Source of the DNA: Jimgerdemannia flammicorona
Lineage: Eukaryota
Assembly: GCA_003990765.1 (NCBI GenBank)
Contig: RBNJ01000231.1
Coordinates: 1-35,973, forward strand
Reading direction: 5' to 3'
DNA length: 35,973 nt
Shown here: positions 24,823 to 35,150 of the stretch, piece after piece
Layout: each line of letters begins with the position of its first letter
Position numbering within the stretch: position 1 is the first letter of the stretch
The notes under the pieces: generated by a model
Told to the model about the DNA's origin: nothing
The model's input: only the letters and a program-made list of their open reading frames with translations
The model's database searches: none
Made by a program: the position numbers and the translations under genes

Positions 24823-24898
24823 GAGAGATTCAAACTCCCAGCCGTGATAATGGGAGCCCTTGCCCTAGACAAGGATGGCCAGTCCTCGCAAATGCGCC
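24823..24898 (+). ncRNA. Candidate conserved structured cis-element in the C post-pol region
   Basis: GAGAGATTCAAACTCCC...ATAATGGGAGCCCTTGCCCTAGACAAGGATGGCCAGTCCTCGCAAATGCGCC; homologues in A1, A2 and B1. Confidence 0.55.
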
Positions 24899-25080
24899 AA
24901 CCAGACAAAAAAAAAGTGGACCAAGACCTGTTAACCCTGTGTAACCACAACTATGAGTGATAAGATCTTCGAAATCAGAATTTTCTCATGTGACCAGCAC
25001 ATGCTCTGCTTATAGCACAGGTTATGTATTTTTGCCAGAAAGTGTGACCAAAGGAAGGTCACATCAGATGGGTGAATAAG

Positions 25081-25091
25081 TATAAATACCC
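25081..25091 (+). promoter_or_regulatory. Putative internal TATA box for the C accessory gene
   Basis: TATAAATACCC matches the LTR TATA context of C and B and lies 72 bp upstream of ATG 25153. Confidence 0.55.
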
Positions 25092-25152
25092 AAGGCAAGA
25101 ATACCCCGCAACTCTCATCCCCCTCTCCTCACAAAGAAAAGACAAGACAAGA

Positions 25153-25980
25153 ATGCCTGCCACCCGCCACCAAACTGCCTACAGTAGCCAACCCCTCCCA
25201 AGCCAGGTTGACCACCTCTTTGGACACATCCGGGTTGCTATCCAAGGAAGGAACCACCGCTCAGAGGCCCTTAACCTCTCTAGCCCAGACCTAGGACAGT
25301 ATGTTCTTGACTGCCATGAACTTATCGAAAGGGCCTACCTTGCTACCAGCTGCCTAGAAATCTGGCACAAATATGAAATCGGTCACCAGCTTCTCCAACA
25401 TACAAATGACCTACCCACAGACCAGGTCTCTGACTGGACTCACCTAGATAGACATGAGCAAAGACTTGCCAAGAAGGTCCATCAAATCATGTACCATGCA
25501 TCCTTCGCGATCCCCAACCTCAACTACATACAACTGAAGGACTTCCAGAACCTCTCCTTCCCTGAGGTCGATGCCCTAGAAGTCAAGGTCGCCCAAGAAG
25601 CCAACTCCTGGATTGCTCTCAAGTCTACTGATATCGAGCCCCGCTGGAGCCCCCTCCTGAATGATAACCCTGACCAATGGCTCCAAGGCCTCTCTGACCT
25701 CTTTGAAGGACCGCCTATCTGAATAGATATTCCCAGACATGAAGACCAAGAACCCTACTTGGATGGCCCCAACCACATCAGATGGAGAACCCCTACACCA
25801 GCACTTATCCCAATGTAAGAACTATTTGCAGACCTCATTGACTTCTCCATCCTGAACAGCAAGCCACCAGTAACCACCCCCCCTGCCCCTGAAGAAGATG
25901 GTAACAACCCTGAGGAGGATTCCCCACCCTTCTCTCCCCTGGTTCTCAATTTCTCAATCAATGAGGATGTTGATTTCTAA
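25153..25980 (+). pseudogene. Accessory ORF of C (275 codons, two transition-type stops), unknown function, not env-like
   Basis: MPATRHQTAY...ELIERAY...YEIGHQLL...LAKKVHQIMYHASFAIPNL...LSFPEVDAL. The frame continues past TGA 25720 and TAA 25816 to NEDVDF*, which abuts the PPT. No visible signal peptide or TM segment. Confidence 0.75.
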
Positions 25981-25991
25981 GGAGGGAAGGA

Positions 25992-26793
25992 TGTAATAGA
26001 ATGAACGAATGAGGTGCGATGAATGACGAGCGATCATATGACCCGGTGAATGATGACGTCATCATATGATCGAGTGCGGTATATGAATAATGAATAATGC
26101 GAAACGACGCGGAAAATGATATCCAGCTTATCCCCAATAATTGGCGCCACAGCAACAGTTGCCATAGCTGCTGATCATTGCCTAGTAATTGAGGTCCTGA
26201 TCACAAAGATATTCTTTACCAAAAACCACCTGACAAAGGTCACAATCACAAACCTCATTATAGTTACCAAATTAGTCACTCATACTTAGTCAGAAATCGC
26301 GAACCAACTTGTATAAATACCCCCCAGTCTCTATCCGAAATAAAGCAGTTTTAGTTCAGTCCTTGATACAAGAATCAAGTCCTCCCCCATACACACACAT
26401 TTCCCTGAGTCTTAGTAATGACATCTAAGTGACTCTAGTGTTTCTGACTAAACTCCAGAAGCCTAGCTAACTTCTGCCAGAACTGAGACCAGTATATAAA
26501 TCCCCAAAGACTTAAGTAAACCCATTGAACCTGAATTCCAAGGCGAATTCAGTCTGTGCACAGTAAAGAACAAGACCCTTGAAATAGGGCACAAGAGAAA
26601 GACCTTTGAAACAGAAGGCAAACCAGAGAAAGACCTTTGAAAGATAAGGCACTGCTACTACAACTACTTATAAGCAAGCACTTCCTCAAACTAAAGGCTT
26701 CTTAGTACACATTGTATACTAAGTCCCTAAGTAATAGTCCACTTCCCTAATTATCCTAAGGATAAGAGAGGAATAGAAGTGAGAGTTATTACA
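25992..26793 (+). repeat. 3' LTR of C
   Basis: Copy of 17627-18428, differing essentially by transitions. TGACGTCA at 26054-26061. Confidence 0.95.
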
Positions 26794-27014
26794 GATTCTG
26801 AGGTCTGGGGGAGGGGGTATTTATACTAGTAAGGGGCTATCTGGACTATGCTGAATATAGATGTAGCACTTAGTGCTTTGCTGAGTCAGAATGCAGTCAT
26901 ATAGTACAAGTGTGATCTGATATGTCAAGAGATTGTCTGACTGTTGAGTCAGTTCACAGTCATGTCATATAAGGCTAATCTAACTATACTATGACTGCTA
27001 AGCTATCTATAGAT

Positions 27015-28111
27015 TTAGACACTATCTGGGTAGTCTTCAATGATATCACCATTGATGACATCATCTCTGATAAAGTAGTTATCTAGGAAGAGTTGTTTAC
27101 AGATTAATTCTCTCTATTCACTAAGGTAGTAATACATTGGGACTTCATCACTGTCCTACAGGATAGCATCATCTGTCTCATATACTGGGTATAGAGTTAG
27201 TGGGTGAAGGAGTAGTACATTATCTTCACTTTCATTGGATTCACTATCTGCATACCTTCTATAGATTAAAGTACTATGAGTCACAGAGTTGTAGTAAGTT
27301 GGCAACTGTAGTTCATATTGCTCATACTCAGGTGGTGGAGTGGTTGGTTTGATCTCGAGAGTTGTCTGGAGATACAGGTTGTATTCTCCAGTCTCTTCAT
27401 TGTAGTTGAAGTAGTCAGGGGTGAGTGCGAGTTAGTACTCATACCAATGGTCATTATCCCAATAAGTCTCATAGGTGGTTATAAACTATTACAAGTTCAT
27501 TGGCAAGATTGGTGGAGTGATCAGACTTGGCAGGGATCTTTGGCTTAAGGTATGTTGGTATCAGAGGGGTCATTGTCTTCTACTTCATCTTCATCAAATC
27601 GAATTATATCATAGACATCCTTCATGGCATATCCAACTTGAGGCATTTGCAGGATATGGTTGTCAGAGTGTAAGAAGGTTCTGTCTGTGGTCTGAATGTA
27701 TTTGAGGTACTTATGGTTGAGTTCTTGTATCATATTATTGATTTGGCCATAAGATAAGATAGCAACCATTTCAGTGATAGTAACTCAGAGGCAGGGAATA
27801 AAGATGCTATACTTGTAGAAGAGTTCTCAATATTTGTAAGCAATGAGTTTCTGGTGTTGAGACATCTGGGTAATATCTGTGTCATAGTAATGTTCAACCA
27901 TGTCTTCTAGGAGGTGGCCAATCTGGTAGTAGCTTGAGATTTGTCTGATTTGGTGGGCTTCACTAAGCATGTTCAGAGTATTCCATCAGGCTTCTACAAA
28001 GTAGAGTGATGCTAAGCTATGGATATTCATGAGGGGCAGAGGGGGTATGGCTTAGTTGATAATGGTATTCCAAATATCAGCATAGATGTGATTGTAGATC
28101 TCAGTGGTTAT
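27015..28111 (-). pseudogene. Second copy of the B2 LTR accessory ORF, in the 5' LTR
   Basis: ATG>ATA at 28111 and a 1-bp deletion near 27550. Retains YYQIGHLL (~27908-27931). TATATATACC lies ~79 bp upstream (28181-28190). Confidence 0.72.
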
Positions 28112-29186
28112 GTTTATATATGTTCAGAAGTTGTAGTTGTTATTTGTTTTGGTTCTCTATTTCAATGTATCTTGGTACTTGGTATATATAGATTTGGTCC
28201 TGATTGGTAAGATTCTGTTTATGTAAATCTTATATTCTGTGACTTTATATTAACTCAGCTTTGTGCACTGTGACTTTGGTTTGACTCAGCTTCATGATTG
28301 AGCAGGTGATTTTCAGATTTGTTCAGCTATTATATGTGATTTCAGTAGCTTGTTCAGAGGGTGACATATGATTTCAGTGGCTTAGAGGTAGTGCACTTAT
28401 AGTTTTCTTAAGGTCAAGATCAATTTCATATGGAGTATGTCCTCTATGCTTATTGATTTCAAGATCAGGTTAATATCTCAACTAAAGTCCTTTCTTGGAC
28501 TAGTTCTAGATGTCCAGAATTTTAAAGTTCAAGAAACTAAGACCAGCTTAGTTGAATCAGCATATTGCTGCAGACAATACCCAATTAGGAAATTTCATAA
28601 TAGGGTTAGGAGTGGGACCTAACAGGGAGCAGATTTACTTAAGAGTGATTTGTGGATTATTAAATAGATTTATTTGCTATTTATGATATTGCTATACTAG
28701 AAGTAGTTGTATGAGAGAATATTGTAGAGAAATATTCAGAAGTTGTGTTCAGATTGTTCAAGTCTGAGATTCTGAGGTCTGGAGAGGGGGTATTTATACT
28801 AGTGAGGGACTATCTGGACTATACTGAATATGGATATAGTACTTAGTATCTTGCTGAGTCAGAATACAGTTATATAGTACAAGTGTGATCTGATATATCA
28901 AGAGATTATCTGACCACTGAGTCAGTTCACAGTTACATCATATAAGGCTAATCTAACTATACTATAACTGCTAAGCTATTTATAGATTTAGATACTGTCT
29001 AGTTAGTCTTGATGATATCACTATTGATGACATCATCTCTGGCAAAGTCTGAGCAGTTTTCTGACTTCTGATATTATCAGTTTCAAAGGTATCATTATCT
29101 CTATCTCTTGCAAAATTAAGGCTGTCCTCAGTGGTGGTAGTTGTACAAGAATAACAGGTCTTGGTTCTTTTTTTTTTTGAGCTACT

Positions 29187-29262
29187 GGTACATTTGTAAG
29201 GACTAGCCATCCTTGTCTAGAGTGAGGGCTCTCAATATCATGGCTGGGGGTTCAAACCTCTT
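29187..29262 (-). ncRNA. Candidate conserved structured cis-element within the B1 LTR U3
   Basis: Minus strand AGAGGTTTGAACCCCCAGCCATGATATTGAGAGCCCTCACTCTAGACAAGGATGGCTAGTCCTTACAAATGTACC; part of a ~300-bp similarity to C 24645-24940. Confidence 0.55.
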
Positions 29263-29808
29263 GGAAATGATATTTTCTATAATCTGAGGTAATTTCTAGT
29301 AGTAATATCTATCATGTGGATGGGCTTGAGATTGGTTTTGACAATGTTGGCTTTCTTGAGTTTAGATGAAGCATCTGTCATTCTCCATTAGAGGTGATAT
29401 AGATAGAGTGAATAGGGTTATTCAAATGTATTTTACTTCTACTAAGTAATGAGGTCTTTGTATAGTTGTAGTATATCTTGGTCTTGAGTTGATAAGTATA
29501 ATTCATAAACCTTTAATAGATGAGATAGGGTTCTTCTTGTCTCAGTTTGAGTTTGGTACTTCAGTTTCCTTTTGTAATAGTATAGTATACCAAAACTAGT
29601 TGTAGAGATATAGGGTCAGTCTTATGATTATAGTACTTCTTCTGATATTCTTATATCTTGGCAGTAGGTTCTTGTGTTTGCTGGTATATTTTGTGTAACC
29701 AGGTGATCTCTTCAGTAACTTGTTTTGTAGTCTCACATATAGTTTCCAAATTAGTTCTGAGGATAACATGTGATTTTAGTGACTTGGAGATTGTGTACTT
29801 ATATCTGA

Positions 29809-32800
29809 AGAAAAGGACCACCTAAAGAAATCTGAAGCCTGTTTCTTCTGTTGCTAAACAGGATATATTGCAACCAAATGTCCTAAGAAGACTAGTGAAC
29901 TCTCAAAACCAGTTACTGTGTTATCCAAAGATACATCTGTCAACCCCACTACCAGTCAATTCAAGCTCAAGATCAAGAAGCTTCACCTGAAGACCCAGGT
30001 CTCTCAATATCAAATAGAAGGAGTCATTGATCTTGACTAGTGCTCCTAACAAGTCAATTTAATCTGGATTGGATTCAGATTGATTCAGATTGAATCTCAT
30101 CTAGATAGATTCAAACCAATCATTGTTTTGATTTCCAAATTAGACAATTAAATATTTATATTAATAACTTATTGAATAATCATCCAAATTTGATGATCTT
30201 ATTTGAAAGCCCTTAATAAGGCCTATCTAATGATATTAAGAACATTGAAATCAGATCATGTATTGCTGAGTTATGAAGAAACCCATCTAAATCACCAATT
30301 TTGAAAAATTTTTGATTTGCTAATTTTGGAAATTTCATCAAATAGAATGTTTTCTTTAATATTTTGGTAATGCATAATCCAATTTTAATGTACTTGGTAT
30401 CATTAGAAAGGCCTTATTAAGGGCTTTCAAATGACATCAAGATCATCAAATTTAAATTATTATTCATCAAGTTATTGATGTAAACATTTAATTGTCTAAT
30501 TTGGAAATCAAAACAATAGTTGATTTGAATCTATTCAGATGGGATTCAAATCCCATCTGAGTTGATCTGAATGAAATTTGAATCCCATCTGAATTCCATC
30601 TGGATTGACTCATTCAGAGCACTAGTCTTGACCTACACTCAGTCAAATAAGTTACCATTCCAGCCAAGGGCCAAACTCTGGTGCCTACTAGAATTGCAGT
30701 TCAATGTCCTGAAGAACATTATACTAGAATTGTACTACAATCAGGACTCAGTGTCAAACATCATTTAGATGTATATAGGTGCTAGTATTATTGACCCAGA
30801 CTTTTGAGGACAAGTTTAAGTTCTGCTTATCAACTAGAAGGATTAAGACTACACAGTCAAAGAAGGAGACTAAGTCATGCAAATGATCCTGGAAAAAGCC
30901 AGTCAACTCAAAATTACAGAAGTCCAAGAACTCTCTGAAACCAAATGAGACCAAAAAGGTTTTGGTAGTACCAATCAAGCAGCAAGTCTTAGTGAAAATT
31001 GAGCTCAAGCTATACTTATTTTCAAAGGCCTAGTCAAAGGAAAAGATGTTCAAGTACTTATAGACAGCAGAGCTACAGGGAACTTCATCAATCAGAACCT
31101 CATTAAAAGCTTCAAGATCCTTATCAAGCCCATACTCAAGAACAATAGTATAGTCACTGCAGATGATACTCTATACCCCATTTAGTCAATTACTACCAAA
31201 CTATCCATCAAGATCCAGAAATATTGAGAATGAGTAGACTTTGAGGTTATACTACTAAGAGATCATAATCTGATTCTAGGAAAACTCTGACTTATGAAAT
31301 ACAACCTAGATATTGATTGGTATAAGAATGAAGTCACCTTACTTCAAGATGGAGCTGATATCACTATTAAGACAGACAAGACTATGAACAAGACCCAGAT
31401 TGTAACACTGTCAGCTATACAGTATAAGAGAGTACTTAAGAAGATAATGCATGCCTTTATTATAATAGTCTGCTCCAAGAAACAAGACAAGAGACTATCA
31501 GTTAATAAAAGCATCAAGTTACTACTAGAAGAATTCAAGGATGTCTTTCTAGATAAACTACCTAGCCTACTGCCTATATGAGAAGTTGATCATAAAATCA
31601 AACTGACCCCAAAAGCTATACCACCCAAGAAATATATATATCACATATCACTACTTGAAATTGAAGTAGTCAAGAAGAAACTAGAAGAACTACTTATATG
31701 AGGAGCTATTTAGCTAAGCAAATCTCCTTATGGCTTACCAGTCCTATTTGTCAAGAAGAAGGATGGTACCCTGTGAATGTATATAGACTATTGTATACTC
31801 AACAAACTCACTGTCAAGAACTGCTATCTGCTACTCTTGATTGATCAAATCTTTGATACTCTTAAGAATACTAAGTACTTCACCAAGTTAGACCTTATGT
31901 CAGGATACCACCAGATTTGAATCAAGCTAGAAGATATTTCCAAAACTGTGTTTATGATCTTCTTTGGACTTTATGAATTCTTGGTCTTAGTATTTGATCT
32001 CACCAATACACCTGCCATATTCTAGACCCTGATGAATAAGATATTCAAAGACCAACTATTTATTTTTCTATTAATATATCTTGATGACATTCTGATCTTT
32101 AGCACAACTAAAGAAGAATACCTCAAATACATTTGAATAGTTCTAGAGATCCTGTGAAAACATAAGCTTTATACTAAGCTCAAGAAGTGTGAATTCTTTA
32201 AGAAATAAGTCAAATATCTTGGCCACATTGTCTCTGTATAAGAAATTCAAGTAGACTCATATAAAATAAAAGTAATTGAAGAATGGTCCATTCTATCAAA
32301 CCTTACAGAACTCTGATCCTTCCTTAGTCTAGCTGGCTACTACTACTATTTTGTTAAAAACTTCTCTGGCATTACCAAGCTACTAACTAATCTCATAAGA
32401 AAGGCCCTATACTTAGACTACTATATACTCTACACTTGAGATCTCTTCTGTCAATAAGCTTTTTAAGAACTCAAGAACTGTCTGACCTATGCTCCAGTTC
32501 TGCATAATGCAGATTAAGGCCTAAAATTCATAGTTACTACTAATGTATCAAATTTTGCCATTAGAGCAGTCCTGTTATAAGATGATAGCAAAGAACATCA
32601 TTCTATTGTTTTTGAGTCCTGCAAGTTGGCCTCAGCTAAACAAAAGCTAGCCATTTATGAGAAGAAACTACTGGTAATAATATATATACTAGACTACTGA
32701 CAATGCTATCTAGAAGGTGTTGAGTTTGATGTCATTACTGACTATTAATTCCTCAAGTACATTAACACCTAATCTACTCTATTATATCTACAAGTCAAGT

Positions 32801-34380
32801 AGAGTCTCAAGCTTCAAACCTTCAACCTGATGATCATCTATAAGCCTGGCAAGACACTTGTAGTACCAGATGCCTTATCAAGATATCCAGACCTCACCAC
32901 AATCATACAGGTTACCTTGGCATTAGAATTCCTAGACCAAATCAGATAAGCTTACAAAGAAGATATAGTTGCCACTAAAGTTTTCTCAAATGAGCTCAAG
33001 GATATATATACTGTTGAGAACAACCTGATCTATCATCAAGACCAAGTCTATCTACCTGAAAACATAAACCTACACTATAAGATTTTACAAGAACACTATG
33101 ACTCCTCTCTTGCCAGTTACCTGAGAATTAAGAAAACTATCAAGAACACTCAATGCCACTACTATTGACCAAGCATGGTCAAGGAAATTAAGAACTATGT
33201 TACCAGCTGTGATCTATGCCAGTGCAACAAGTCTATTAATCAAGTACTAGCTGGTTTGCTATAACCACTGCTAATTTCTACCAAGAAATTTGAGCAAGTT
33301 ACTATGGACTTTGTAACTCAACTACTATGAACTCAATCTAGTGCTGATACTATTATTATATTCATTGATCATCTGATCAAGACTATGGTTACTGAACCAA
33401 CTACTACCAATGCTACTACACTCAAGATTGCAAGAATCTTCTTCAAGTCTATCTTCTATCACTATGGCCTACTATGAGTAATTGTCAGTGATTATAACCT
33501 CAAGTTTATCAGTCACTTTTAGCAAACTCTCTTCAAGACCCTGGAAACCCAACTGGCTATATCTACTATCTTTTATCTACAAACTGATGGACAAACTGAG
33601 TACATAAACAGAACTCTAAAACAAATGCTTAGAAACTATGTTTCTTATAAGTAAGATGATTGGGACCACTATCTGACTTATGTAGAGTTTGTATACAACA
33701 ATGTCATCCAATCATCTACTGGTCTTTCTTCTTTCCAATTACTCTATGGTCAAGATTCTGAGACCTCTGTAAGTTTATTCTCTTTTAAGAAAAACAGTTA
33801 AATACAAGTTCCTACTACCAAGAGCTTTACAGACAAAATGAATGAACTACTCAAGATTGCTACTGCGAATCTTCAGAAGGCTCAACAGCATCAAGCCAAG
33901 TATACTGACAAGAAATACTATGATGTCACTTATATTATTGGAGATCAAGTCCTACTGTCTACTGAGAACCTTAAGATACAATCTCAAGTCAACTGCTCTT
34001 CAAACAAGTTCCAACCTAAGTATATTGGATCTTTTGAGATCACTGAACAAGTCTCTGCATCCTCCTACTGTCTCAAGCTATCTGAAACCATGAGAGTACA
34101 CCCAGTCTTTCATGTATCACACCTTAAGACCTAGAATCAGTCACTGTCCTATCCTGGTCAAATTCCTAAGTCATCTACTCCTGTGATTATTGAAGACCAT
34201 ATTGAGTATGAAGCTGAGAAAATCCTTAACAAATGAATCCACTACCACCATTCTGAATATCTAGTCAAGTAGATGGACTATCCTGAATATGATACTATCT
34301 GAGAACTACTGATCAATCTCAAAAACTCTCAAGATCTAGTCTAAGACTTTAAGGAAAAATACATTGCCCAATCCCTGTAG
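29809..34380 (+). pseudogene. A1 gag C-terminus, dUTPase (split by the MITE), PR, RT, RH, IN, chromodomain
   Basis: Colinear with A2 2141-6293, with a dense transition-derived stop load. Confidence 0.92.
30038..30624. mobile_element. Non-autonomous hAT-type DNA transposon / foldback MITE (587 bp)
   Basis: 8-bp TSD ATCTTGAC (30030-30037) / GTCTTGAC (30625-30632). TIRs TAGTGCTC..AA..AGTCAAT, subterminal GATTCAGA/ATCCCATCTG repeats and long internal inverted arms. No coding capacity. Confidence 0.85.
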
Positions 34381-34507
34381 TGACTTCCTTAGATTGTTGA
34401 TGACCTATAGTAATGACCAATACCTTATATATCAGAAGTTTACTTTGGGACCCCAGAACTAGCAGAACATTTAATAAACAAAAAGTCTACCAAAATGAAG
34501 CTACTAG

Positions 34508-34592
34508 CTGGGTTCAAATCCCTCCTAGTTAGTTAGTCTGATAATAGGCTCTCTGCTCTATATGAGAATAGTCAATCTCTACTAATGCACTA
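34508..34592 (+). ncRNA. Candidate conserved structured cis-element in the A1 3' UTR
   Basis: Counterpart of 6421-6505 with complementary mutations, which allows a consensus to be reconstructed. Confidence 0.45.
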
Positions 34593-34681
34593 ATACAAGT
34601 TTGAGAAATTTTGGTTAAGTATATCTAGTCTTGTATTATCTAAGAACTTAATGAGGATATTAGTTCTTAAGGAGGGAGGGA

Positions 34682-35145
34682 TGTAACAATTTCACAGTCA
34701 TATTTAGTCATAGTATATTTTTGCATCTTTTAGTTAGTCTTTTCTTATCATTTCTTAAATATTCTACTATATTCTGCTACCTTCTACTTGCTTAAAAATC
34801 TTCTCTCAGCACCCAGACACTACTAGAATACTCTTGTCTTTCCTTGGTACCAAGCATCTTATCTTAGCTAGTCATAGAACCTTTTGGAATATTGTAGAAC
34901 CATATTAGTCATCTTTGCTAAGAACCTATTTCTTGGTATTTCTCTTTCTTTCCAAGATCCTTCCAGATCTTTCTTTCAGATTCTATATAAATATTCTTAT
35001 TCTCTATCTGAATAAAGCTCAGAATATTTTCTCTCAGAAATCTTTTGAAAATACTTGAACCTTTAAGTATCTCTTTGAGCTACTTTAGACTAACTAGAAC
35101 TCCCAGATTTGGCCACTTTCTCTTAAAGAAACTAGAATCATTATA
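34682..35145 (+). repeat. 3' LTR of A1
   Basis: Follows the PPT AAGGAGGGAGGGA (34669-34681) and starts TGTAACAATTTCAC. Confidence 0.92.
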
Positions 35146-35150
35146 ATACT

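Larger units (their letters stand above)
17627..26793 (+). mobile_element. Ty3/gypsy chromovirus C, best preserved and innermost LTR element
   Basis: 802-bp TG...CA LTRs (17627-18428, 25992-26793). Perfect TSD GATTC (17622-17626 / 26794-26798). PBS 18432-18443; PPT 25979-25991. Confidence 0.95.
8551..28401 (-). mobile_element. Full-length degenerate Ty3/gypsy chromovirus B2 with ~2.08-kb LTRs
   Basis: TSD GTTTT at 8546-8550 and 28402-28406. 3' LTR 8551-10628; 5' LTR 17157-17626 plus 26799-28401. PPT 10629-10642; PBS 17142-17153. Confidence 0.92.
17157..28401 (-). repeat. 5' LTR of B2, split by element C (17157-17626 plus 26799-28401)
   Basis: The rejoined length is 2073 bp and colinear with 8551-10628. 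Confidence 0.9.
8466..29803 (-). mobile_element. Solo LTR B1 (~1.48 kb: 8466-8550 plus 28407-29803), split by B2
   Basis: TSD TCTGA at 8461-8465 and 29804-29808. Termini TATAAG...CTTATA (TGTAAG...CTTACA mutated). U5/R and the terminal ~50 bp are homologous to B2 LTRs. No internal domain. Confidence 0.87.
288..35145 (+). mobile_element. Ty3/gypsy chromovirus A1, outermost defined host of the nested stack
   Basis: LTRs at 288-751 and 34682-35145. The 5-bp TSD is ATATT (283-287) / ATACT (35146-35150), one C>T apart. Internal pieces 752-765, 7064-7463, 7976-8465, 29809-30037 and 30633-34681 join colinearly with A2. Confidence 0.9.

Noticed and set aside
24823..24898. Assigning the conserved motif to a known class (tRNA, HDV-like, twister, pistol, 5S rRNA)
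   Set aside because: There are partial resemblances (T-loop; GC(A/T)AA after a hairpin; CCTCG-loop-CGAGG), but I could not build a cloverleaf, the HDV P2/P3 or the twister/pistol cores by eye. Left unclassified.
24726..24960. ORFs 24769-24960 (+) and 24726-24950 (-) as real genes
   Set aside because: The homologous B1 sequence differs by several frame-breaking 1-bp indels, so the conservation looks non-coding.
25153..25980. env gene at the env position
   Set aside because: No signal peptide, transmembrane segment or recognisable fusion-protein pattern.
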